A stretch of DNA of 64,000 bases from Myxococcota bacterium. Lineage in GTDB: Bacteria; Myxococcota_A; Polyangia; Polyangiales; Sandaracinaceae. The first letter of the stretch is position 1. Each line of letters opens with the position of its first letter. Positions 37,187-45,590 of the stretch are shown in pieces. Under the pieces are notes generated by a model. It was not told where the DNA came from, searched no databases, and worked only from the letters and a program-made list of their open reading frames with translations. The position numbers and the translations under genes are program-made. The stretch is taken from assembly GCA_036149055.1 (NCBI GenBank), contig JAYZQJ010000088.1, positions 1 to 64,000 on the forward strand, in the 5' to 3' direction.

Positions 37187-38989
37187 ATGGACCGCTCGAT
37201 GGGCCGACGATCTCGACGACGACGGCTCCTGGTCGAGCGACGCGCGATGATGCAGCTCGTCGCCGACGCCCAGGAGAACGCGCCGGTGCCCACCGGCGGA
37301 ACCGCGCTCGCGCTGCGCGCGCCCGAGACCGACGAGGAGTGGGTGGACCTCATCCACCACGATCCCCTCGTGACCCTCGACAAGGAGCTGCTGCGCTCGG
37401 CGCTGCGCTTCGCATTCGAGTCGGGCGACGCGGGAGGGCTGCTCGGCAAGGCGGTGGACGACGCGCCGATCACGCCGAGCGGCTGGGACCCGGAGGTCTT
37501 CTCGGGCGGACTCTTCTTGCCCGAGCTGCTCACCAGCTGCTTCGTCATCGAGGTCGGAAAGAAGCGTCACACGCCGAGCCAGACCCACCTGGTGAAGCTG
37601 CTCTCGCACCCGCCCGAGGACGTCCGCGACGTCACCCTCCGGCAGGAGGTGCTCCGGGAGCTCGCCGGCTCCCCCGCGCTCCGCGAGGCGCTGAGCACCA
37701 TCTACGTCGCGCTCCGCGAGCTGCGCGGGCTGCTCGACGAGCGCGCGATGACGCCGGGCGAGACCATCAAGCGCAAGGTCGACGTGCTCGGCGCGGTGAA
37801 GCGCATCCTCGACACCGCCGACGAGGGGCTCGGCGACGCGACCAGCGCCCTGTCGCGGCTCCACGAGTTCGGCGCCGCCGTGCGGGGTCGCGACGTCTAC
37901 CGCCGGCTCGCCCAGATCCTGGACTTCGAGCGCAACATGGCGCTCCTCGAGGTCCGGGTCGTGCTCGGCTCGGACGGTCGCATCCGCGACTTCCAGCTCG
38001 TCGAGGCCAAGGAGAACCGGGACAACCCGCTGCTCTGGTCGCCGTGGCGGCGCGTGTGGTCCCGCCTGTTCTCCTGGCTGCGCGGCTACGAGTACACCGA
38101 GAACGAGGTCCTGCTGAAGGTCATCGACGAGGTCTTCGAGGAGCTGGAGGACGTCATCCTCCCCTGCTTCGACCTCATCGGCGACGTCGAGCTCTACCTC
38201 GCGGCCCTCGGCTTCAAGGACCGCTGCGAGCGAGAGGGGCTCGAGGTCTGCCTGCCCGAGATCCACGACACGCCGGACGCTGGAGAGCCCAGCGGACCGC
38301 TCGAGATCGAGCGCCTCTTCAACCCGCTGCTGCTCCTGCAGGACGTGACGCCCACGCCGTGCGACCTGCGCACCTCGGGGCACGACGCGATGGTGCTGGT
38401 CACCGGCCCGAACTCGGGCGGCAAGACCCGCATGCTCCAGGCGCTCTCGCTGACCCAGCTCCTCGGTCAGAGCGGGCTCTTCGTCCCGGCCGCGGCGGCC
38501 AAGCTGACCCGCGCGCCGACGATGTTCGTCTCGCTGATCGAGGGCGCGCCCGCCGATCAGAAGGAGGGCCGCCTCGGCACCGAGCTGATGCGGGTGCGGC
38601 GGCTGTTCGAGCAGCTCGAGCCCGGCTCGATGGTGGTGCTCGACGAGCTCTGCAGCGGGACCAACCCGAGCGAGGGCATCGCCATCTTCGAGATGGTGAT
38701 CTCGCTCCTGCCGCGCCTCCGGCCGCAGGTCTGGGTGACGACCCACTTCCTCGACGCCGCGCGCAAGCTCGAAGCCGAGGGGCGGGTGGACCGCCTCGAG
38801 TTCCTGCAGGTCGAGCTGAAGAAGGACGAGCCGACCTACCAGTTCGTCCCCGGCGTCGCGCCCACCTCGCTCGCCTACGTCGTGGCCTCCCGGCTCGGCG
38901 TCACGCAGGAGGAGCTGGTGGCGCTCGTCGAGCGTCAGGAGCGCAAGTTCGCGGTCGACGACGACGAGGCGCTCGAAGAGGCCGGGTGA
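37187..38989 (+). CDS. MutS-related protein (MutS domain V ATPase only)
   Basis: VTGPNSGGKT, LDELCSGTNPSEG, TTHF; no recognisable mismatch-binding or Smr domain; start uncertain. Confidence 0.85.
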   Translation: MDRSMGRRSRRRRLLVERRAMMQLVADAQENAPVPTGGTALALRAPETDEEWVDLIHHDPLVTLDKELLRSALRFAFESGDAGGLLGKAVDDAPITPSGWDPEVFSGGLFLPELLTSCFVIEVGKKRHTPSQTHLVKLLSHPPEDVRDVTLRQEVLRELAGSPALREALSTIYVALRELRGLLDERAMTPGETIKRKVDVLGAVKRILDTADEGLGDATSALSRLHEFGAAVRGRDVYRRLAQILDFERNMALLEVRVVLGSDGRIRDFQLVEAKENRDNPLLWSPWRRVWSRLFSWLRGYEYTENEVLLKVIDEVFEELEDVILPCFDLIGDVELYLAALGFKDRCEREGLEVCLPEIHDTPDAGEPSGPLEIERLFNPLLLLQDVTPTPCDLRTSGHDAMVLVTGPNSGGKTRMLQALSLTQLLGQSGLFVPAAAAKLTRAPTMFVSLIEGAPADQKEGRLGTELMRVRRLFEQLEPGSMVVLDELCSGTNPSEGIAIFEMVISLLPRLRPQVWVTTHFLDAARKLEAEGRVDRLEFLQVELKKDEPTYQFVPGVAPTSLAYVVASRLGVTQEELVALVERQERKFAVDDDEALEEAG

Positions 38990-39023
38990 TGGCGACGCCG
39001 CGGACCGGACCTACGTCTCGGTC

Positions 39024-39431
39024 ATGCGAGGAGACAGCTCGGGCGAGGCGCTGATGGACGCGGGCGCGCTCGCGCTCGCCACCGGGGTCGCGCTGGCGGC
39101 CGGGGACGCCGCGGTCGGAGGCGCCGCCTTCCCGATGCTGCCCGAGGCGCTCGCGACGCCCGCCTGGGTGCTGCTGTTCCTGCTGCTCGGCGGGGCGGGC
39201 TGGCTGGTGTGGCGGCGCGAGGGCCTGGGCGGGGGCGTGCTCCTGCTCGGAGGGCTCGCGGCGCTCTTCGCGCTCCGGCCCGCGCTCGGCGCGGGGCACG
39301 GGGTGGTCGCGCTCGTGCTCGGGCTGCTCACCGGGCTCGCCGCGCACCTGCTGGCCCGCCGCGGGCAGCGCGGCCCGGCGGCGCTCCTGATCCCCCTCGC
39401 CATCGCCGTGGGGGCGCTGGCGTTCGTCTGA
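39024..39431 (+). CDS. Small membrane protein, weakly TspO/MBR-like
   Basis: PAWVLLFLLLGGAGWLVWRR resembles TspO helix 2, but the family Trp/Pro motifs are incomplete. Confidence 0.4.
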   Translation: MRGDSSGEALMDAGALALATGVALAAGDAAVGGAAFPMLPEALATPAWVLLFLLLGGAGWLVWRREGLGGGVLLLGGLAALFALRPALGAGHGVVALVLGLLTGLAAHLLARRGQRGPAALLIPLAIAVGALAFV

Positions 39432-40013
39432 TCACCAGCGGCCGATCTCCCAGTCGCCGCCCTCGTGACGGGCGCGCAAGAGCGCGAAGCACTCGCGCGC
39501 GATCTCCAGCCCGCGGTCCCGGAAGTTCTTGTCGTTCATCCAGAACTCGTGCAGGTCGCCGCGCCGCTGGCGGCCGTAGACCAGCGCCTTGGTCATCATC
39601 TGGATCTTGTCGGCCGCCTTGACGACGCGGGCCTCGAGGCTCTCCCCGTCCTCCATCTCCCGCCAGGTGGTCCGCTGCCGCGGCGGCAGGGAGCGCTGGA
39701 CGATGCCCTCCTCGAGGGTCTCGAGCGCGGCGTCGAGCGCGGGCGTCTTCTGGGGCATCGGCACGTCGCCGGTCTTGGCCTCGGGCGCGTCGTGCACGAG
39801 GGCCATGCGCAGCGCCTTCTCGCCGTCGACCTCGACCCCCTCGTCGCGGAGCGCGTCCACCAGGAGCATGACGGTGAGCGCGACGCCGTAGCTGTGGTCG
39901 GCGATCGACTCGCAGGGGCGGATGCCTCGCAGCAGCCAGCCGGTGCGCGGCAGGTCGGCGAGGGGATCGAGGGTCACGAGGGTGTCGACGATGCGGGCGG
40001 CGCGTTCGGTCAT
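39432..40013 (-). CDS. HD-domain hydrolase (YfbR/HDDC2-like 5'-deoxynucleotidase family)
   Basis: LPRTGW, ESIADHSY, ALVHDAPEAKTGD, EARVVKAADK. Confidence 0.9.
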   Translation of the reverse strand: MTERAARIVDTLVTLDPLADLPRTGWLLRGIRPCESIADHSYGVALTVMLLVDALRDEGVEVDGEKALRMALVHDAPEAKTGDVPMPQKTPALDAALETLEEGIVQRSLPPRQRTTWREMEDGESLEARVVKAADKIQMMTKALVYGRQRRGDLHEFWMNDKNFRDRGLEIARECFALLRARHEGGDWEIGRW

Positions 40014-40022
40014 GCCCCGCGC

Positions 40023-41420
40023 TTAGCACGCCTCGAGCGCGATCGGCCGCGGCCCCAGCCGCTCGAGCGCCGCCCGCGTCCGCCGCTCGAGCCGGTCCCG
40101 GTCCGCCCCCGCGAGGTGGGGCGCGGCCTCCTCGCGGAGCGCGTGCACCTCGCCGCGGAGCGCGCGTCGGCGGCTCGGGTCGTCCAGCTCCGCCGCGAGC
40201 TCCGCCAGCGTGCTCGCCAGGTGCAGCGAGACGTTGCGATCCTTCACCGCGTAGGGGCGCAGGCGCTCGAGGGACTCGGCGACGAAGATCTCGAAGGTCA
40301 GGGGGCGCGCCACCACGCGCACCGCGCCGTCCGCGTCCCGCGTCACGCCGTGCACGTCGCCGCGGCGCGCCAGCGCGGAGAGGGCCGCGCCGATGCGGTC
40401 CACGCAGGAGATGGCGGTGAACGGGTCGTTGACGCCGGGAGAGAGCGCGCGGGTCGCGATCTCGAGTAGCTCGTTCACGAGGAAGAGCACGTCCTCCCGC
40501 GGCGTGCGGAGGACGCCGGTCGCGAAGGCGGAGCGGATCGAGTCGGCCAGCGCCGCCTCGTCGACGCCGCGCGCCGCGACCCGCGCGAGGACCCGCCCCC
40601 GGGCCACGAACTCACCGGGCGCGTGCACGAGGTCGATGCGCGCGTCGGCCCGCTCCGCGCACTCCAGCAGGTGCCCGAGATCGATGCGCTGGATGTAGCC
40701 CTGCTTCTCGGCGCGGACCTCGAGCGCGCCGGTCGCGAGCGGCGGAGGCTCGGGCACGTCGCGGCGCTCCGCGGGAAAGAACGCCTCGATCCGGTCGTCG
40801 AGGGCGTCGCCGATGCGCGCGATCACCCGTGAGATGTGGATGCTCTGCGGGATGTGGTGGATGTAATAGATGAGCACCGCGCAGCCCGCGATGGCGAGGC
40901 CGAGCGCCATCAGCGTCGCCACCTGCGGGACGAAGGGCTCGGCCGCCTCCCCGCTGCCCGGGCCCCAGGAGTCGTTCACCGCGCGCAGCACCACCAGGCA
41001 GTAGAGGAAGGCGGCGACGTAGGTGCCGAGGGTGATCTGGTTGCCGCGGTCGCGCATGAAATTCGTCAGCAGCCGCGGCGCGAACTGGGAGGCGCTGTAG
41101 GCGACGGCGGCGATCGTGATCGAGAAGGTCACCCCGGCCACCCCGATCATCGACGCCGCCACCGTGGTCAGCACCGCGCGCGCCCCTTCGGGGCCGTTGG
41201 GCCCGATCAGGCGCAGCTCCCCCAGCCAGTCCGGCGGCAGGGCGCGATCGATCGCGATGCTCGCCACCGCGAGGGCGACCGCGCCGACGGCCATCAGGCT
41301 CGGGACGAACCAGTAGCTGCCGCGCAGGTTCTCGAGCAGCTGCCGGATGCCCACCCAGCTGGTCAGCCGGCGGAATCCGCGGCGCTTGGGGCGGAGGGCC
41401 TTCGATCGCATCGCCGACAT
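40023..41420 (-). CDS. DUF2254 membrane protein
   Basis: SYWFVPSL, SSQFAPRLLTNF, GYIQRID, PGEFV, RALSPGVNDPFTA. Confidence 0.92.
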   Translation of the reverse strand: MSAMRSKALRPKRRGFRRLTSWVGIRQLLENLRGSYWFVPSLMAVGAVALAVASIAIDRALPPDWLGELRLIGPNGPEGARAVLTTVAASMIGVAGVTFSITIAAVAYSASQFAPRLLTNFMRDRGNQITLGTYVAAFLYCLVVLRAVNDSWGPGSGEAAEPFVPQVATLMALGLAIAGCAVLIYYIHHIPQSIHISRVIARIGDALDDRIEAFFPAERRDVPEPPPLATGALEVRAEKQGYIQRIDLGHLLECAERADARIDLVHAPGEFVARGRVLARVAARGVDEAALADSIRSAFATGVLRTPREDVLFLVNELLEIATRALSPGVNDPFTAISCVDRIGAALSALARRGDVHGVTRDADGAVRVVARPLTFEIFVAESLERLRPYAVKDRNVSLHLASTLAELAAELDDPSRRRALRGEVHALREEAAPHLAGADRDRLERRTRAALERLGPRPIALEAC

Positions 41421-41536
41421 CGCGCGGGGGAGTGCAGGGGGCGTGCCGTGCACCCGAGGCTGCCGGTCGGCCAACGTCTCGGGGCAGCGCGCCCCACCTC
41501 GTAGCGGCGCCGCCCACTCTGGTACGCTCCGCCGCC

Positions 41537-43069
41537 GTGCCCCGTCGCGCGCCGGATGGATGGTGGGATCGCCTGCACGCGGCCTTTCACCGGCCGAGCA
41601 CGGCCCAGTACCGCGCGGTCGACCGGACCGTCTGGGTGCTCATCCTCGTGTCGGTGGGGCTGCTCGCGCTCGAGCCGTTCGCCCCGGCGGGCGCCGCCAA
41701 GCGCGCGCTCCGGGTCGCCGACTTCGTCATCCTCGCGCTCTTCGCGATCGAGCTGTCGCTGCGGGTGATCTCCTACCGGCCGCCGTCGCTCGAGGTCTTC
41801 GACCGGCCGCCGATCGGCACCCTGCGCACCCACCTCCTCGCCCGGCTCTCCTTCCTGCTCAAGCCGATGCAGCTGGTCGATCTGATCACCATCATCGCGG
41901 TCGTCCCGGCGCTGCGCGGCCTGCGGGTGCTCCGGCTGCTGCGCCTGCTCCGGACCGCCCGGGTCTTTCGCTACGGCAACCCCTTCGCCGGGCTGATCGG
42001 CGCCTTCGAGGCCGACCGGCTGCTCTTCACCTTCGCCTTCGGCGTGCTCGGGGTGGAGTCGGTGCTCGGCGGCGTGACCCTCTACCTGCTGGAGCGGGAC
42101 GAGCCGGGCGCGCAGGTGCACACGATCGGGGAGGGCATCTGGTGGGCCCTCGTCACGTTGACCACCGTGGGCTACGGAGACTACGCCCCCGTCGGCGAGG
42201 TCGGCCGGGTGTGGGGCGCGGTGCTGATGGTGGGCGGCATGTTCACCCTCGCGCTCTTCGCCGGCATCGTCGGCCACAGCCTCCTACACGCGGTCCTGTC
42301 CATCCGCGAGGAGCAGTTCCGAATGAGCAGTTACGTCAATCACGTGGTGGTCTGCGGGTACGAGGAGGGGCGGCAGCTGCTGCTCGACAGCCTGCGCGCG
42401 GAGCTCGACCTCGACGAGACGAAGGTCGTCCTCTTCAGCCAGGAGCCCCGGCCGGGCGAGGTGCCCCCCGACCTGATGTGGGTTCAAGGCGACCCGACCA
42501 AGCAGAGCGAGCTGGGCAAGGTGCGCATGAGCCACGCCCGGAGCGCGATCGTGGTCGGCTCGCGGGTCGTCACCCCGCAGCTCGCGGACGCGGCGACGAT
42601 CCTCACCGTCTTCACCATCCGCGCCTATCTCGACCATCAGGAGGAGACCGCGTCGCGGGAGCGACCGCTCCACATCGTCGCCGAGATCCTCGACAGCGAG
42701 AACGTCGAGCACGCGCGCACCGCGGGCGCCGACGAGGTGATCGAGTCGCAGCGGCTCGGCTTCGCGATGCTCACCCACACCGTCGCCTACCCCGGGGTCG
42801 GCGACCTCACGAGCCAGATCGTCGCGTCGGGCGCGGCGAGCTTCTACGTGGGGCTGCTCCCCGAGGGGCTGCCGCTGCCGCTGACCTTCGGCGAGCTCAC
42901 CCGGGCGGTGAAGGAGCGCCACGACGCGCTCGTCATCGGGCTCCGGGATCCGGAGACCCGGGAGCAGCGGATCAACCCGCCCGACGACACGCCGGTCCCC
43001 GAAGACGCCGAGGTGGTCTACCTCGCCGAGCATCCGTCGCTCGAGCCGACGCACGCGGAGGCGCGATGA
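41537..43069 (+). CDS. 6-TM voltage-gated-type K+ channel with C-terminal RCK/TrkA domains
   Basis: S4 LRGLRVLRLLRLLRTARVFR; filter TTVGYGD; HVVVCGY, GDPT, AGADEVI RCK motifs. Confidence 0.92.
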   Translation: MPRRAPDGWWDRLHAAFHRPSTAQYRAVDRTVWVLILVSVGLLALEPFAPAGAAKRALRVADFVILALFAIELSLRVISYRPPSLEVFDRPPIGTLRTHLLARLSFLLKPMQLVDLITIIAVVPALRGLRVLRLLRLLRTARVFRYGNPFAGLIGAFEADRLLFTFAFGVLGVESVLGGVTLYLLERDEPGAQVHTIGEGIWWALVTLTTVGYGDYAPVGEVGRVWGAVLMVGGMFTLALFAGIVGHSLLHAVLSIREEQFRMSSYVNHVVVCGYEEGRQLLLDSLRAELDLDETKVVLFSQEPRPGEVPPDLMWVQGDPTKQSELGKVRMSHARSAIVVGSRVVTPQLADAATILTVFTIRAYLDHQEETASRERPLHIVAEILDSENVEHARTAGADEVIESQRLGFAMLTHTVAYPGVGDLTSQIVASGAASFYVGLLPEGLPLPLTFGELTRAVKERHDALVIGLRDPETREQRINPPDDTPVPEDAEVVYLAEHPSLEPTHAEAR

Positions 43070-44034
43070 GCCAGCTCGGGCCGCCCGCCTTCTTCGAGGG
43101 CCCGGAGAAGAAGGTCGAGCTCACGGTGGTCGACGATCACCCGTCGCTGCGTCACCTCGGCGAGGCCTTCTGGCACCGGGTGGTCAACGCGTCCGGCGCC
43201 GAGGTGGTGAGCAAGCGGAGCAACGACGTCTTCGACGCCTACCTCCTCAGCGAGAGCAGCCTCTTCGTCTACGAGAGCTTCGTGACGATGATCACCTGCG
43301 GCCGGACGCAGCTGGTCAACGGCGTCGACGTGATGCTCGAGCAGATCCCCGACGAGGCGATCGCGGTGCTCATCTACGAGCGCAAGAACGAGCACTTCCC
43401 GCACGAGCAGGCGTCGAGCTTCTTCGACGACGCGCGCCGCCTCGCCGAGCGGCTCGACGGCCGGGCCCTCCGCTTCGGGGCGGAGCACGAGCACGCCGTC
43501 CGGCTGTTCCACACCACCCGCGGCTACCAGCCGGTGCAGGAGGACCGCACGCTCGAGGTGCTCATGCACGGCATCGACGAGCGCTGCGCCGAGACCTTCC
43601 TCGCCTCACGTCGGCCGCCGACCGGCACCCTCGCGCACCAGCTGGGGCTCGACCGCGCGCTCGAGGGCTTCGAGGTCGACGAGTTCGTCTTCGACCCGGC
43701 GGGCTACTCGCTCAACGGCATGCGGGACGAGGCCTACGTGACCCTGCACGTCACGCCCGAGCGCGTGGGCAGCTACGTGAGCTTCGAGACCAACGCGCCC
43801 GAGGTCGGTCACGACCCGAGCGGCCTGGTGCAGGAGGTGGTCGAGCGCTTCCGCCCGGAGTCGTTCGACGTCGTGGTGTTCGAGCCGGACGACCAGCCGG
43901 TCAGCGTCGACGTGCCCGGCTACGTCCTGCGCAAGCACGTGCAGGAGCCGGTGAGCGGCTACCACGTGACGTTCCAGCACTTCTACCGCCCGTCCAGCCG
44001 CCCCGTCCGCGCGTTCCCGATCCCGCTGGAGTAG
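43066..44034 (+). CDS. Eukaryote-type (class II) S-adenosylmethionine decarboxylase proenzyme
   Basis: FFEGPEKKVE, DAYLLSESSLFVY (pyruvoyl self-cleavage site), TCG, FDPAGYSLNG, HVTPE...SYVSFETN. Confidence 0.9.
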   Translation: MSQLGPPAFFEGPEKKVELTVVDDHPSLRHLGEAFWHRVVNASGAEVVSKRSNDVFDAYLLSESSLFVYESFVTMITCGRTQLVNGVDVMLEQIPDEAIAVLIYERKNEHFPHEQASSFFDDARRLAERLDGRALRFGAEHEHAVRLFHTTRGYQPVQEDRTLEVLMHGIDERCAETFLASRRPPTGTLAHQLGLDRALEGFEVDEFVFDPAGYSLNGMRDEAYVTLHVTPERVGSYVSFETNAPEVGHDPSGLVQEVVERFRPESFDVVVFEPDDQPVSVDVPGYVLRKHVQEPVSGYHVTFQHFYRPSSRPVRAFPIPLE

Positions 44035-44035
44035 G

Positions 44036-44869
44036 TCAGTCGAGCGCGTCGGGATCGACGCCGAGCTCCCGGAGCTTGGCGGCGTATCGCTCGGCGCGGC
44101 GGGCCTCGTCTTCGGCGCGGCGTGCCTCGTCTTCTGCGCGGCGTGCCTCTTCCTCGGCGCGGCGTGCCTCTTCCTCGGCGCGGCGCGCCTCTTCCTCGGC
44201 GCGCACGACCGCCGCGTCGACCATGGTGGAGAGCCGGTCGATCAGCTCGCGGGCGTCGGGCAGGGGCGCGTCGCCCACGAAGAAGCGGAGCAGGTCGCCC
44301 TCGACCGTGAGCTCGACCCCCAGCACGCCCGACGGCCAGAAGCCGCGCTGCGGCACGATCGGGGTGTAGACGCCCCCCGACTCGAGGCGGTAGCCGAGGA
44401 GCCGGCCGCGGCGCGGAAGGAAGACGAAGTACTCGGGGATCCCGAGGCGCGCGTAGCGCTCGACGTTCTGCTCCAGGTCCTTGGCGCGATCGCCGGAGAC
44501 GTGGATCTCGAGCACGAAGTCGAGCCCGCGGCCTTCCTCGCTCACCGTCCACTTGTCCCGGTGATGCGGCTCGACGTCGAGCACCGCGAGCAGGTCCGGG
44601 GCGAACATCGGCTCGTCCGGGTAGTAGATGGGCAGCTCGCTCGAGAGGTAGACCTGCCGCCCGCGCCGGCGGAAGAACTCGTCGAGCGCCTCGAACGCGC
44701 GCTTCTTCGGGACGCGGTGACCGTCGCCCTCGGGCGGCAGCGCTCGCTCGGGCTCGGACGGGAGGCTGGCCACCACCGCGCGGCGCTCCTCCGGCGTCAT
44801 GGCGTCCCACTGCGCCTGGGTGGGGGCGCGCGGATCGTCGGCGTCGAAGACGAAGCGCTCGGGCTTCAT
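44036..44869 (-). CDS. Uma2 family (PD-(D/E)xK) endonuclease-like protein with coiled-coil tail
   Basis: PPEGDGH, FAPD, FVLEI, YARLGIPEYF, LRELGVDP; AEEEARR repeats. Confidence 0.92.
   Translation of the reverse strand: MKPERFVFDADDPRAPTQAQWDAMTPEERRAVVASLPSEPERALPPEGDGHRVPKKRAFEALDEFFRRRGRQVYLSSELPIYYPDEPMFAPDLLAVLDVEPHHRDKWTVSEEGRGLDFVLEIHVSGDRAKDLEQNVERYARLGIPEYFVFLPRRGRLLGYRLESGGVYTPIVPQRGFWPSGVLGVELTVEGDLLRFFVGDAPLPDARELIDRLSTMVDAAVVRAEEEARRAEEEARRAEEEARRAEDEARRAEDEARRAERYAAKLRELGVDPDALD
44091..44203 (-). repeat. 21-nt tandem coding repeat (about 5 copies, AE(E/D)EARR heptad)
   Basis: TCGGCGCGGCG(T/G/C)GCCTC(G/T)TC(T/C) units with period 21. Confidence 0.9.
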
Positions 44870-44906
44870 GCTCCCAGTGTCGCGCGCGCGCCGCTCGACG
44901 CCAAGG

Positions 44907-45446
44907 TCAGCGGCAGGAGAGGGTGAGCGTCGCGCAGCCCGCCTCGTCGGCGCCGTCGGCGCAGGCCTCGTAGCCGTCGCATCGGTGGGAGGGGCGGAGC
45001 TCGGTCCCGTCGCCGCAGACGATCCGCGGGCAGCCCTCCTCGTCGCTCTCGTCGGCGCAGTCGGGCCAGCCGTCGCAGCGGGGGCGCCGGCTCCCGAGCT
45101 CCTGGCCGTCGGCGCAGACGTAGGGCGTGCAGCCCTGCTCGTCGCTGTCGTCCGCGCAGTCGGAGAAGCCGTTGCAGACCTGGTGGGGGGCGATCAGGGC
45201 GCCGTCGTCGCAGCGGGGAGCGCACTGCTGGTCGCATTCGATCAAGAGGCTCACGTCGGTCCGGCAGAGCGCCGCGTCGAGCGCCTCGCAGGACGCGCCG
45301 GCGAAGCACGCGCGGTAGCAGGCGTCATCGTAGAGGGGGAGCGCGGGGAGCGAGCCCTCGGAGGCGAAGCCGCACGCGCGGAGGCGATCCTCGACGGTGG
45401 CGTCACAGCCGACGAGCAGGAGGGCGACGAGCAGGAGCCGGTTCAT
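44907..45446 (-). CDS. Lipoprotein with three LDL-receptor class A-like repeats
   Basis: Lipobox LVGC; CNGFSDCADDSDEQGC, CDGWPDCADESDEEGC, CDGYEACADGADEAGC. Confidence 0.88.
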   Translation of the reverse strand: MNRLLLVALLLVGCDATVEDRLRACGFASEGSLPALPLYDDACYRACFAGASCEALDAALCRTDVSLLIECDQQCAPRCDDGALIAPHQVCNGFSDCADDSDEQGCTPYVCADGQELGSRRPRCDGWPDCADESDEEGCPRIVCGDGTELRPSHRCDGYEACADGADEAGCATLTLSCR

Positions 45447-45460
45447 CGGAGCGGCCCAAC

Positions 45461-45475
45461 GCAAGTCACGTGCCT
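45461..45475 (-). promoter_or_regulatory. Candidate sigma54 promoter of the LDLa lipoprotein gene
   Basis: Minus strand AGGCACGTGACTTGC, close to consensus TGGCACG-N4-TTGC; the -12 C is 15 nt upstream of the ATG. Confidence 0.6.
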
Positions 45476-45590
45476 CCGCCACGCGCGCCGGGTTGTCTCG
45501 GGAGCTGTGCCGAGCTGAGCCGAGGCGCGGTCACGAGCGGGCGGGCGCGGCGCACCGGGCGGTGGAGCGCTTCGTGCAACGTGCCGTCCC

